From Nemertoderma westbladi (Eukaryota > Animalia > Xenacoelomorpha), in NCBI GenBank assembly GCA_032718475.1, contig JAUCBJ010002756.1, positions 1 to 64,000 on the forward strand: 64,000 nt of DNA, given 5' to 3'. The notes under the pieces were generated by a model, which was not told the DNA's origin, did not search any database, and saw nothing but the letters and a program-made list of their open reading frames with translations. This document shows positions 50,001 through 58,464 of the stretch, piece after piece. A program made the translations under genes and the position numbers. Position 1 is the first letter of the stretch, and every line of letters begins with the position of its first letter.

Positions 50001-53000
50001 CATTATGGTTAAATAATAACTGCAGTGTAACTTTTTAGATATCGTCGCGTCGGAGACTTTTTTTTTGTAGTTAAAGAATTAAAGCGAAAATAAAAATTCT
50101 GAGTCATCCAGTAAGGAGAAGAGAGGGACTCTATACCAGTAAGGAGAAGAGAGGGACTCTATACCAGTAAGGAGGAGAGAGGGACTCTATACCAGTAAGG
50201 AGGAAAGAGGGACGCTATATCAGTAAGGAGGAGAGAGAGACGGGTGTAATATTTACAAAGTTAACAGTGGCTGGCCGGTCGCGGTACAAACCTGAGAACA
50301 AATCCCGCCGAATCAATTCGTCTGCGTTTCTGTTAGCGAACAGTTGCGAAGTATCCCACTTAGCTGGATGCGCTGACGGAACGGAATTAATCGGCAAATC
50401 GTGTTGGCTGAACGCAAATCCTCCTCCCACAAACAGTTGGGTATCCTTATGATGGCTGGAAAAACAAAGTACAGTAATAGTAATAGTATCAGACACATAG
50501 ACGGATTTCAATTTATGCGCATACACCTATGGAGATGCACTTATATTTATCAGGTTACTTAGCCAGATCCTCATAGTCCGATGTTACATTTACGAAATTT
50601 CAAATATTCATAAACTATATTATGTATTCGACCCAGCCAGGCCTCAGTACACGTCCCTCACTCACTCCATAGCATATACAGCTGCGTGGGTCTACTAACC
50701 AACTACTGTAGTACACATACAGCTGCCCGAGTCTCCTAACCAACTACTGTAGTACACATACAGCTGCCTGGGTCTCCTAACCAACTACTGTAGTACACGT
50801 CCCTCACCCACTCCATAGCATATACAGCTGTGAGGGTCTCCTAACCAACTACTGTAGTACACGTCCCTCACTCACTCCATAACATATACAGCTGTGCGGG
50901 TCTCCTAACCAACTACTGTAGTACACATACAGCTGCCCGGGTCTCCTAGCCAACTACTGTAGTACACATACAGCTGCCCGGGTCTCCTAACCAACTACTG
51001 TAGTACACGACCCTCACTCACTCCATAGCATATACAGCTGCCCGGGTCTCCTAACCAACTACTGTAGTACACGTCCCTCACTCACTCCATAGCACATACA
51101 GCTGTGAGGGTCCCCTAACCAACTACAGTAGTACACGTCCCTCACTCACTCCATAGCATATACAGCTGTGAGGGTCTCCTAACCAACTACTGTAGTACAA
51201 GCCCCTCACTCACTCCATAACATATACAGCTGCGTGGGTCTCCTAACCAACTACACTGTAGTATACGACCCTCACTCACTCCATAACATAAGCTGCTGTG
51301 CGTGGTCTTACAACCAGTCGCGACGAATTTCCTCTCCTTAATGCGTTCGCCGATTGTTCTCGAGAAGTCGCTGGTCTGACGTCCAATCGCCTCGCATTTC
51401 CCACTCGCGGGTAATTTGTCGATATCTGGCGAGTTGTTCCTGGTCGTCCAACATTTTTGACGGAAAAGAAACTTCCCAACTGTTGCCGGGGATCCTTATG
51501 CATCTGTATACTATACTATACAGGCTTACAGGCTGCTGTTTCCAATTATAGAACATAAAGGATCAGCCTCATATAAATATCGTCTGCCAGTATTAATTTA
51601 AATTGAATTTTCCCCTTAAATATTCTGTATGTTAATATTAACTGTATTAAGGAAGTACAAAGGTTTATAATAATTACAGATACGGGGTGACTCTCGACGC
51701 AGTCCAAAAAACCCATCCCGGTAAAATCGATGCAAATACTCGCAGACAGCAAAAATTAAACTGCAACTTGTGTTCTTGACCATGGTTTATTGTTTTAATT
51801 TGAAAGTGATCGGCCGCACAATAGTGCAACGGCGGCAGACCCAAAAACAAAGTCACCCCAAATCACTCAGGTAGTCATGCACTAGGTCCTCCAGTCGTCT
51901 ATGTTGGTAAAAAGGCGAAGAAAAAATATTGACTGGCAACCAGCATGTCTCTCCGGTTGCCAGATAACGAGGTTGCCATAACACAAGGTGTGAATAGGCG
52001 ATGACAGTGTCCGGTTAGTTTCAATGAGCATGTTTGCATGGCATAGCAGGGCGGGTTTCGACAATTGCGTGCCACTATAAGTGTATAGTAAAACATTGCT
52101 TTACATACAGTATATGCGTGGCATATCCAACATGGTGTACCCTTGGAAACATTCTGGTAGATACACCATACTGTGATCTGTTGTCCTCAGTAGTAACAGC
52201 CTTGTAACCGTTAAGGAGTTATTAATTCAACTCAACTGCTCTTGTATCCAGACCCTGGAACTCACGTTGACGGAATATCATGCGAACTGAAGTCGTCAAC
52301 GTGACCTTCTCAGCTCCATTCGGGTTTTTATTGCTATCGATAAACTTCTTATGTTCAGAATTATTGTCCACTATCAAGTAGTTGGTCTCCTTGCTGTTAC
52401 AAAAAGACATAGGAAGCTTATTCTAAGTTGTGAACAACTTTAGAGCTCTCACTAATGCCTCTGACAGAATAACACGAAGTGGGGCCTTCGCGCAGCACGT
52501 GACTTAAATTTAATTTAAGTACTAATTCGAAAGTATTACTGTATTAGCAAATTTTAAGCAGATTTCGCCTAATCACTTTTTACCTCTTTCATTTCTATTC
52601 AGACATTTCTGACTCTAGCGGTATAGTGAGAACTGAAGATGGATTAGGGTCTCCAGCCCCACAAAGACACAGCCTATGGATGAATAGTACATACGTACAT
52701 CGGCCAAGTTTCATCTTGAATAACGGATAACGAAATGAGAGACGGATCTCACTTTCAGAAATTTCGTCGTATAGCGGCAGACCGATTAAATCTCCCCCCC
52801 CCCCCCCCACAAAGACGCAGCATGTGGTCCAGAATATATGGCAAGATTCAGCTTAAACTGATTAAAATCAATGAGACGGGAGAATCTATTCACTTTCAGG
52901 CATAAAGTAGTCCTATAGCGGGTGACTGTTGAACTGATTTTCAACAAAACAAATTTTCAACTTGGCAGCTTTAAATTCGACAAAGTTATAAGCATGTCAA

Positions 53001-53947
53001 TATCATAACGACGACAACGATTTCACTTTCAGACCTTTGGCCCTCTAGCGGCAGACTGGAGAACTGCAGATGGATTCGCCTCCTTTGAAAGTCACAGCTA
53101 ATGGTCTAATACATATCTGCCAAGTTTCAGCTTAAACGGATTAAAAGCAAAGAAATGGGAGGGCATTTAATGTTTAGACATGTGGCCCTCTAGCGGGAGA
53201 CCATTGCACTGATGGTGTCTGAAAGTCTCTCAAAAATCTCAACTTTTGCTCATATTGATACCTAGAAATTTTCAACTTGGCAGCTTTAAATCCGACAAAG
53301 TTATTAGCATGTCAAAATCGACGATTTCACTTTCAGACCTTTGGCCCTCTAGCGGCAGACTGGAGAACTGCAGATGGATTCGCCTCCTTTGAAAGTCACA
53401 GCTAATGGTCTAATACATATCTGCCAAGTTTCAGCTTAAACGGATTAAAAGCAAAGAAATGGGAGGGCATTTAATGTTTAGACATGTGGCCCTCTAGCGG
53501 GAGACCATTGCACTGATGGTGTCTGAAAGTGTCTCAAAAATCTCAACTTTAGCTCATATTGATACCTAGAAATTTTCAACTTGGCAGCTTTAAATCCGAC
53601 AAAGTTATTAGCATGTCAAAATCGACGATTTCACTTTCAGACCTTTGGCCCTCTAGCGGCAGACTGGAGAACTGCAGATGGATTCGCCTCCTTTGAAAGT
53701 CACAGCTAATGGTCTAATACATATCTGCCAAGTTTCAGCTTAAACGGATTAAAAGCAAAGAAATGGGAGGGCATTTAATGTTTAGACATGTGGCCCTCTA
53801 GCGGGAGACCATTGCACTGATGGTGTCTGAAAGTCTCTCAAAAATCTCAACTTTTGCTCATATTGATACCTACAAATTTTCAACTTGGCAGCTTTAAATC
53901 CGACAAAGTTATTAGCATGTCAAAATCGTAACGACGACGACGACGAC

Positions 53948-53979
<32 letters not shown>

Positions 53980-56900
53980 CGACAACGACGACGACGACAA
54001 CTATTTGCATAAATTGACCCACCCCCTAACAGTGTCAATTCGCTAAGGCTCCGCCAACTTCGTGGCTCGCCCCACAATCTCATCAGCTAAGTGGAACTAA
54101 GTAAATTGAAAACTTGAATCTTGAGAATGTCTGTGAATGAAACTGTATGCCTCAGAAGTGGAAAAGAATACAGGGGAACCGCCAGAAAGAGATCCGATCT
54201 CATCAACTGATTTCAGCAGTAATCCCATAAGTTTGAATTAATTGTGATCATGCATCGTATTTGCTCCTCACTTCCCACTCCGGAGGTGGAGTTCAATTGA
54301 AAGTCCACAAAAGGACAAGGAGAGTGAGCTGAGTGTCCTGCTACGCGGATTGTTCTTAAATAATTTTTCTAAGTCTTCTTCTATCGCGGTGTAACAGTCG
54401 ATGGCATTCTTCCTCTCTCTTGGAGACCTCAGTAGGAACCACATTGAGCGCTATTGGTTTGAACAGCCTCCAACTGCAACCATTTTATTTCCCTTTATTC
54501 ATTCAAAGTTGACAAGTTGCTGATTCCCAGAGAAGGGATTTACAGGATTGCGTCAATTAATAGACCCCCATGTGTCAAATATATATGTAAAAAATTTTGA
54601 AAGGTTAAATTATGAAAACATTTCTTGTGGAATTCAGGTAGGCCTAATTATTGCTCGCTATATTATGGCGAAAAATGACAGCAGTTAGCAGACACCAAAT
54701 ATGGGTTTAGTGGGTTCAAAAACTTAATTTAAGTTAATTAAAAACATTTGCGGACAAGAGTAGGTTACAGTGTATGGGCCGTGTTTGATAACCAAAACAG
54801 CAAACAAAACTTTATTTCATATGCGACCAATTAGCGCTTGAGATTACTTCTTATTTCAATTGCGGCCAATATGGGCCACTATCTGGTTATATCATACACC
54901 GAACGTACATTACAGTATTTCTGACACTGATATTTAATTAACTCCAAATTAATAAAGTTTCTGACAATCAAATTCAACAAAGTGAGAAAATTTTCAATGG
55001 AACATTAATAAAAACCCTTAACCATATCGTCGCGGTTTGAATAGTCTGAATGCTTTGAACCGTTGTAATTATACGTAAATCCTTAAACCAAGGGGACCAT
55101 TACAATATAATAAGCTGTGTCAGTATCCTACTAAAGATTTATAATTTATGCCAAAAAATTTAAAATAATTAGAGTCAACTTCTTGCTTTTTATCAAAATA
55201 TATAAAGGTCATAAATTCCCGCCGATATTTCTTTGTAAATAGTTGACAATTTATCTAAACTCGATATCCCGTGGATTTAATTAATATAGTGATGGAAATT
55301 ATGAGTAACTCGCTTGCCAAATATACTAGTATTTATTATATAAACCTATATGGCCTGTCGTACAGACCCATAAAGATAGGCGTACAAACAATGCGTCACG
55401 AAACAATTAAACCACGCAGTAGATTAATCTCCATAGAGGCTTATTGTTTGGGTAAACAGAAACTAAACAACCGAATGTGTTAGAGATATCACCTTAAATA
55501 AATTGGAGTTCCAACACTAAAGTTTTGTTCAAACCGTGGTGTAGCGGTTGTAATAAATTCATATCTCTACGGAGGTCGTGGGTTCGATTCGATCTCCACA
55601 GGGGGGGGGCCAGAGCAGTTTTCAAAGCAATGGCGCATTTCTTAAATGGTACCCGTAGCTACAGTAAATGAGCACTGGAGTTTCCTCTAGAGAGTATAGT
55701 TCTGGAGGGATCGAACTGGAAATAAGTCGTCCGACTTACCGAAAGAATAAAACTGTAATACTGAAACATTACCTTTTTTTACCTTTTAATCATTCAGGAA
55801 ACTAGTTTCTTATCCATGTATATCGCCATATTTAGCTTATTTATAACCAATTAATTAATTAACAAGAAATTAATTATTCTAACTAATTTAATTACTAAAC
55901 TTACTGAAAGGTTCTTGATTTCGAGCAACCGTAACATAGTCCAACTCTTTGCCAGAAAGGTAGAGTGTTCCTGAGTCCACCGGTAGAGGCGTTACATTTC
56001 GCGCAGTATATACCTGGGGGTTCAACACGTCCGTTTAGAGCAACTGATTTAATAAAGGGTAGGAATATCCGCCGGGAGTCATAACGACCATCCGTCGTGT
56101 GTAGCGTTAAAGCCTGGACGTTCCGCATGGATTGACGGACTTGGCCCAGTAATCTACGGATTTAATTAGTTTTACGCACATCATCAGATAATAATAATAA
56201 TTTTTGTCTGCAGGAAAAAATCACTTTTTCACAGATCAGCGGACTGGCGTTAACTGATCACTGATTTCATGATTTCACCCGACAAGTGGTTCGCGGTTAC
56301 TTTTTAGGTTTTAATTAAATACCGAGTTAGTAGCCCTTTTTTGCGAAATTTAAACTTTACTTGGCGCTGCAACTACTGACAGCAGTTTGTTATATCTAAC
56401 ATTACAAAGAATGGCCACTTACATGGCGCTGTAATTACATGAGCTACGGACCCTAAAATTTATATAAAATTACAACAGGTAGTTATTTTTTATTTTAATT
56501 GGCCACAACCGTTTTCTACAACGATGTACTCCCTATCTATAATTAGTATGTTTACATTAATATGTTTGAGAAAATCCACAAACTTGTTGATAAATAAAGT
56601 TTCATAGCTCGCACAGGTTTCACATGTTTTTAAACGTTCTGAAGGATTTATTGGTCAGACACAAACCCTAATAATTACCCCTAGACCAAAGCAGCAGCTT
56701 GGTCTAGTGGTGACATTCCTGGGCCTCCACTCAGGAGGCACTGGTTCGATCCCTAGATGGGGCAGCATTATTTGGGCACAGTGCTTTAAATGCTGTAACC
56801 TAGCCCAAGCCTGGCTTTCATCCTTAACTGGTCGATAAATGGGAATCAAGGCAACTTGGGAATCAGAGTGGAAGGGTTTACTGTGGAAGATTCCTTGGCT

Positions 56901-58432
56901 TAACGAGCCTAAAAGTTTCTCCCATCTCCCATTCCGGTTACGTTGACAACTACAATATAAATAAATATTGCAGAAACACAAGAACCTTACCCATAGTACC
57001 AAAGTTCCCTAAAACCACCTGAATAAGTATATACGATTTATTTTAGGAAACATTATTTACATAGTACCTCAATAAGCAAAAGTGTCCCTACTAGCATACA
57101 AAGGTTCATATAAAATTATGTTGTTAAAAAAAGGCGAAATATTTTAGGTGGAAATAAAATTTAATAATCTGAATTCATAGATCATCAAAATATAAAAAGT
57201 AGGCCTATGAAGCTAATATGGAAAAAATAATCTGATTAATGTAAATTCTTGCATTGGACTTTGAGATCTACTGAAGACCTCCTTACGAGAGGTCTGCATT
57301 AAATAAGTTATCAAGGGATGATGGGAATCACCTGGTACAATATCAAACCTTAACTGAAGGTAAGCTTATTGCGGATAGCAGTAAAGCCTGTGATACTATA
57401 TGGCAGTCCCAGTTGGGCTCTTACTACAGGAATCACCAATCAGTTGACGATACATACATACAATGTTCAAACATGCTCTGCAAGGTTGAAAATTTAATGT
57501 TCTGCTCATTTAACAAAAGTGGCATTGTACAAGCTTGGTAGTGACAAAGAATTACCAAAGCCCAGCAACACACTGCAGGATCTACGGATGGGACGAATGT
57601 GGGAGTTGCATGGCTGATCGCGAACTGTGGAAGTGTTGCATTGCAGGGCCAGCTGGTGATGCATCGCAAAGGTGTGGACGATGTAGGTATGTTTGCGCAG
57701 GGGAGGGGGATGGGTGTAAGTATGTATGCGCAGGGGAGCGGGATGGGTGTAAGTATGTATGCGCAGGGGAGGGTTGGTGTATGTATGTATGCGCAGGGGA
57801 GGGTTGGTGTATGTATGTATGCGCAGGGGAGGGTGATGGGTGTAAGTATGTATGCGCAGGGGAGGGGGTTGGGTGTATGTATGTATGCGCAGGGGAGGGT
57901 TGGTGTATGTATGTATGCGCAGGGGAGGGGGATGGGTGTATGTATGTATGCGCAGGGGAGGGTTGGTGTATGTATGTATGCGCAGGGGAGGGTGATGGGT
58001 GTAAGTATGTATGCGCAGGGGAGGGTTGGTGTATGTATGTATGCGCAGGGGAGGGTGATGGGTGTAAGTATGTATGCGCAGTGGGTGGCTAATAGTTATT
58101 GGCTAATGCGCAGGGGGAGGCTAGTTATGTACAAATTATGTAGGGATAACATGTGATTTTATTACTTTCATTTATTTATAGCGACAAACCGACGTCACCA
58201 ACCTTCGTCTAGTCATCCTCATCAAAAACAAAGCCCTGTTCCTTCTGCTACTCATATCGTCAATAAACGTGAGTAACCTAGGCAACACAACCTTGCGCAT
58301 CTTCCAGTTAAGTATCGGATCTGTAGGTTTGGTATACCCTACGTCTTTGTGGTAGACTTGATTCGGAGCCGCTGATTGATTACCATGCATATCTATCCTC
58401 AAATTAGAATCGAGGGATCTACGCCTCATTCT
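5739..58432 (-). CDS. Large multi-exon uncharacterised Pro/Lys-rich protein gene (at least 23 coding exons, about 971 codons; 3' end not resolved)
   Basis: Hand-assembled GT-AG exons in transcription order, all phases compatible and frame open: 58203-58432, 56991-57008, 55905-56153, 55740-55752, 51280-51503, 50292-50455, 38688-38853, 38613-38639, 37150-37294, 35195-35209, 35022-35115, 34083-34196, 27460-27621, 26973-27107, 26701-26868, 26365-26558, 25691-25829, 25422-25540, 16229-16425, 6435-6542, 6225-6301, 6154-6173, 5739-5873. Protein reads MRRRSLDSNLRIDM..ELWYYGLLGQVRQSMRNV..CAKC..CYGC..PPPPTPPPP..PKRLTKRQPIRKKWKPPK..FDPLNFLAKYCIVLRERVPAYRRVFDSV..SRRSVDYGF. The last exon ends in a GTAAGT donor, so the gene continues leftward. 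Confidence 0.8.
6896..16251. repeat. ~9.3-kb satellite, 40-bp unit (27-bp deletion variant), built from the 3' end of exon 16229-16425 plus its splice donor
   Basis: Unit GTTGGCGTTTGGTTAGTCGTTTAGTAACTTTATACGTACG; on the minus strand AAACGACTAACCAAACGCCAACC|GTACGTATAAAGTTACT. Confidence 0.97.
16940..18810. repeat. ~70-bp tandem satellite (about 26 copies)
   Basis: Unit approx. GAGGGAAAGGAGCAGGTTACAGAGGCGGGATTTTCTAACCAAAACAATAAACGATCATTTAACTAATT; a single diverged monomer also occurs at about 6680-6731. Confidence 0.95.
18971..19168. repeat. ~100-bp direct tandem duplication
   Basis: TAATACCGGTACTGATAG..GGAGGACATAAAA occurs twice. Confidence 0.85.
19530..21211 (+). mobile_element. 5'-truncated RTE-clade LINE (family A) with 18-bp TSD
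   Basis: Open RT ORF 19555-21165 (QNGFRKGR, FVDFFKAFDSV, QGDTLAPFLF, DFADDL, FCYLGS, LLYGSPCW); (TAG)n tail; TSD ATACTTAGCTCTCTCTGA at 19512-19529 and 21212-21229. Confidence 0.95.
21335..22170 (+). repeat. 153-bp (51-codon) tandem repeat, about 5.4 copies, in the N-terminal ORF region of the Penelope-like element
   Basis: Repeated PTTGQTATLISQQPVVPNADTPRRDRRPLTTPYSTGVDANQTGFYNTNFRINPN, running in frame into PLE sequence. Confidence 0.92.
24886..24929 (+). ncRNA. Minimal type I hammerhead ribozyme in the Penelope pLTR
   Basis: Stem I TAATCGC/GCGAATA; core CTGAAGA; stem II GGG-TTTAGG-CCC; GAAA; palindromic GGCC stem III; predicted cleavage after UC at 24922. Confidence 0.85.
27216..27506. 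repeat. 64-bp tandem repeat (about 4.5 copies) spanning the splice donor of exon 27460-27621
   Basis: Minus-strand unit = 47 nt of exon end (AATTAAACC..GATGAAG) + GTTAGTGGTTCTACTAG. Confidence 0.92.
28093..28185 (+). mobile_element. tRNA-derived SINE head / tRNA pseudogene (Val-like TAC loop)
   Basis: TAGCTAAATGGTTAGAGCG (A box) and CAGTTCGATCCC (B box), then a short duplication and a T-run. Confidence 0.55.
29344..30911. mobile_element. Non-autonomous Helentron/HINE (DINE-like) element, copy 1
   Basis: Ends ACACG..GTGGGGCCTTCGCGCAGCACG and CTAAGGCTC..CTTCGTGGCTCGCCCC are shared with 52472-54073. Short subterminal IR GTGGGGC/GCCCCAC; GACAGAAC microsatellite near the end. Removing it restores the LINE frame IPT-YYSWNG. 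Confidence 0.65.
31002..31642 (-). mobile_element. 5'-truncated RTE family A copy 2 with 12-bp TSD
   Basis: Nearly identical to 20557-21197 (only a handful of substitutions visible); TSD ACTGTTAAGCCA at 30990-31001 and 31659-31670. Confidence 0.95.
34470..34571. mobile_element. Short MITE-like inverted-repeat element
   Basis: CATTGTTCATAATTAGCAC and GTGCTATTTTATGAACAATG near-perfect IR; internal CCCTCGCTG motif as in 3487-3630. Confidence 0.45.
34831..35036. repeat. 26-bp tandem repeat (8 copies) spanning the splice donor of exon 35022-35115
   Basis: Minus-strand unit TCATAAAGTCATACG|GTGAGTGCGGC. Confidence 0.93.
37819..38316 (+). CDS. Intronless 165-aa coiled-coil protein, nested antisense in an intron
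   Basis: ATG-to-TAA ORF in AT-rich surroundings; heptad pattern (LTVDNNRLRAANKSLRDDNKQLNDTVEQLILDIKGKEQRIQDM); AATAAA at 38333. No recognisable family. Confidence 0.55.
   Translation: MCESKVCRIYKESLEEKMSRYREDLNEMRKETLRMGYLRDKLVILQNDIDLLHDKVIHNYPKAIGSINLELEETIGQNKLLTVDNNRLRAANKSLRDDNKQLNDTVEQLILDIKGKEQRIQDMINMNYKAPDATAQAAEHRRWAPFLEDDPDMVGGLLVNSYKSA
39361..39890 (-). mobile_element. RTE family B 3' fragment with its last 66 bp tandemly amplified four times
   Basis: ELYG..LRERRLRFSGHCWRS..LLFWQPTHGRRSRGRPAITYIDQLERDT..MENREAW is a typical RTE C-terminus; 66-bp units start at 39376, 39442, 39508 and 39574; (TAG)n tail. Confidence 0.88.
40175..41540. repeat. 20-bp minisatellite (TTTCCTTATGACCCTAGGTR) interrupted at 40503-41017 by retroposon tails
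   Basis: Clear 20-mer array; the insert begins with a poly-T run and ends with (GATT)n. Confidence 0.9.
42597..48083 (+). mobile_element. Full-length Ty1/Copia LTR retrotransposon, GalEa-like
   Basis: 201-bp LTRs at 42597-42797 and 47883-48083 (TG..CA), identical by eye; 5-bp TSD AACCC; PBS TGGTAGCAGAGC (tRNA-iMet) at 42799; polypurine tract before the 3' LTR; single intact ORF. Confidence 0.97.
43280..47695 (+). CDS. Copia Gag-Pol polyprotein (Gag-PR-IN-RT-RH), 1471 aa
   Basis: Two CCHC knuckles; protease LDTAC; integrase HKQFAH..CAEC, DLF, TDNGGEF, NGITERHN; RT KARLVVKGF, DIKTAFL, YGL, HVDD; RNase H STLSAE..SD..IADTLTK. Confidence 0.96.
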   Translation: MAMGNNSNRIPPPVFDPSGKNPNYRRWKKEILVWESITETSAAKQAATVILNLRGVAKDKALDLDVPALAVDGGLASLIRQLDETFLKEKEEDAYNNFVIFRNFCRNSNENVRDFVIKFESMVSNLKEFGLTFDDSILAAELIHKSNLSNSERKMILATAKLEFNDVKRHILRMMSDIGSGNSKLGTDESRFDSEELKTEIALEANFRNKKPSRFQSKSNLGTGTGRSFKPNSINTSKLPLPFTNSNVKGPNKNNRCRVCDSIYHFQRDCPHKSQCNVCESVLHTDDLCPHNESESDNEKMLIGCREDSGDNERNVYFLKHLFKNSVFLAKPTKKTNNFIRKTTDIYAILDTACTKTVSGTEWLETYKAIFNVNPSSRTTYSVYIFGGGEEKIAKQNYILDIPVNDITYKISVDVIEGSLPLLLSRPTMAKLQVMLDISANIATINGSAVQLVELISGHCAIPLIPGERLMNTALITDTADKRADNGDNRIDSSETERGKLQNPKSQLQLSYKEILKLHKQFAHPSKQTLIKLIEQSGLFVGESYITFVDEVMKDCAECKIHGRRKPSNPIVSLPLGKTCNDIIGLDLFFMEELNYSHGKPVLHVVDLFSRYSMTMILPNKLSTSVQSALLDKWCSIFGPPNKSVFTDNGGEFVAISFTELCNKLNMTHDVTAPYSPFSNGITERHNGLIKDIYCRIKSDNQSYSDYKILTMATFVKNAWPNHNGFSPHQIMFGRGPNIGGVLTDNLCALDNSQSVSKSVIEHIALLNDVREQFAKSDASSRVRRALQRNIRPSNSEVVNGDAVYYYNTAGKWCGPAKVVAVKGSEILVGHGSRYIRCHRSEIKLHDSAKLGFGSEFKETEDTDMIVEDYSHSGSVGTSDPEELPAINKVKQVNPNGSTSESYSDNLNASSANYDDAMMPSMESTSIDNCEVMEEPILSEVSSKYPTRERKPPEFYGYFGEQRPTPLLDTEAAKEQELLNWLQNDVYTEVYEVPSKANIVQTRWVITEKDVEGIKFTKARLVVKGFQDKEDPISFSPTCDKTSIRTLLSMASLFKWDLWVIDIKTAFLQSNNFDSDRVIYAVPPPEYINKLSTKSKEIKAANVFWKLNKAVYGLQDACRYCYHKLQEELFVLGNFQNQFDPALYTNYDEHDRLVGMIATHVDDLLIGGVNGLPKVREGIAQLLKVGKVRRIKDTWTKFLGVCIRQLDNGSYEISQEQYIEGIDFEVIDKDSELSCKSYFKSTLGKLMWVSTNTRPDIGFIVGSLSQINSPNADDIALLNKTVRKIKSEKVILKYYHPETADPPEAVRSTIPNLYVFVDSSFGNPSRLAIYIFWGHYLLYWASRCCRRVTKSTLSAETFALVEGVDMGRYIQMFMKSILRSDLIDCHFYSDHKGLVQDLYNGKIPIEKRLAIDFAFIKELVVDIEKLKWIPTKLQIADTLTKAKSQSVVLLKRILNDPFVMYELLENLTGHV
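50107..50240. repeat. 28-bp minisatellite (about 4.5 copies)
   Basis: CCAGTAAGGAGAAGAGAGGGACTCTATA repeats, about 50 nt into the intron after donor 50291. Confidence 0.85.
50647..51300. repeat. ~64/42-bp tandem repeat spanning the splice donor of exon 51280-51503
   Basis: Minus-strand unit CAGCTGTATATGYTATGGA|GTGAGTGAGGGACGTGTACTACAGTAGTTGGTTAGGAGACC; the real exon end is CAGCAGCTTATGTTATGGA|GTGAGTGAGGG. Confidence 0.88.
52472..54073. mobile_element. Non-autonomous Helentron/HINE-like element, copy 2, with internal ~305-bp tandem repeats and (CGA)n
   Basis: Same terminal sequences as 29344-30911; about 3 copies of a ~305-bp unit (52950-53927); ACGACG microsatellite at 53928-53999; 3' hairpin GCCA-ACTTCG-TGGC. 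Confidence 0.7.
55533..55610 (+). mobile_element. Degenerate tRNA-derived SINE head
   Basis: GTGGTGTAGCGG (A box) and GGGTTCGATTC (B box). Confidence 0.4.
56691..56935 (+). mobile_element. tRNA-derived SINE with Nin/Deu-like core
   Basis: A box TTGGTCTAGTGG; B box GGTTCGATCCC; GCTTTCATCCTTAACTGGTCGATAAATG resembles the Nin core of Deu-domain SINEs (from recall, not an alignment). Confidence 0.7.
57685..58130. repeat. 30/33-bp minisatellite following an RTE-like 3' remnant
   Basis: GTATGTATGCGCAGGGGAGGGTTGGTGTAT repeats; upstream MADRELWK resembles the RTE C-terminus MGDRELWR. Confidence 0.85.
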
Positions 58433-58464
58433 CTGCAAGTAAAATTATTAGCTGTGCAGCTGTG

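Noticed and set aside
50107-50240. Possible fifth donor-seeded array
   Set aside because: It starts about 50 nt inside the intron, and the unit contains neither exon sequence nor the GTTTGT donor.
52140-54500. Coding-like sequence flanking the HINE-like element
   Set aside because: Only short broken frames, no recognisable motif, and not needed for the host gene's phase; left unassigned.
57270-57300. Second hammerhead (CTGAAGA followed by a hairpin)
   Set aside because: No GAAA or UH after the stem; core incomplete.
57535-58156. Cys-rich repeat ORFs (YVCAGEG)
   Set aside because: Minisatellite open in two overlapping frames, following an RTE remnant.
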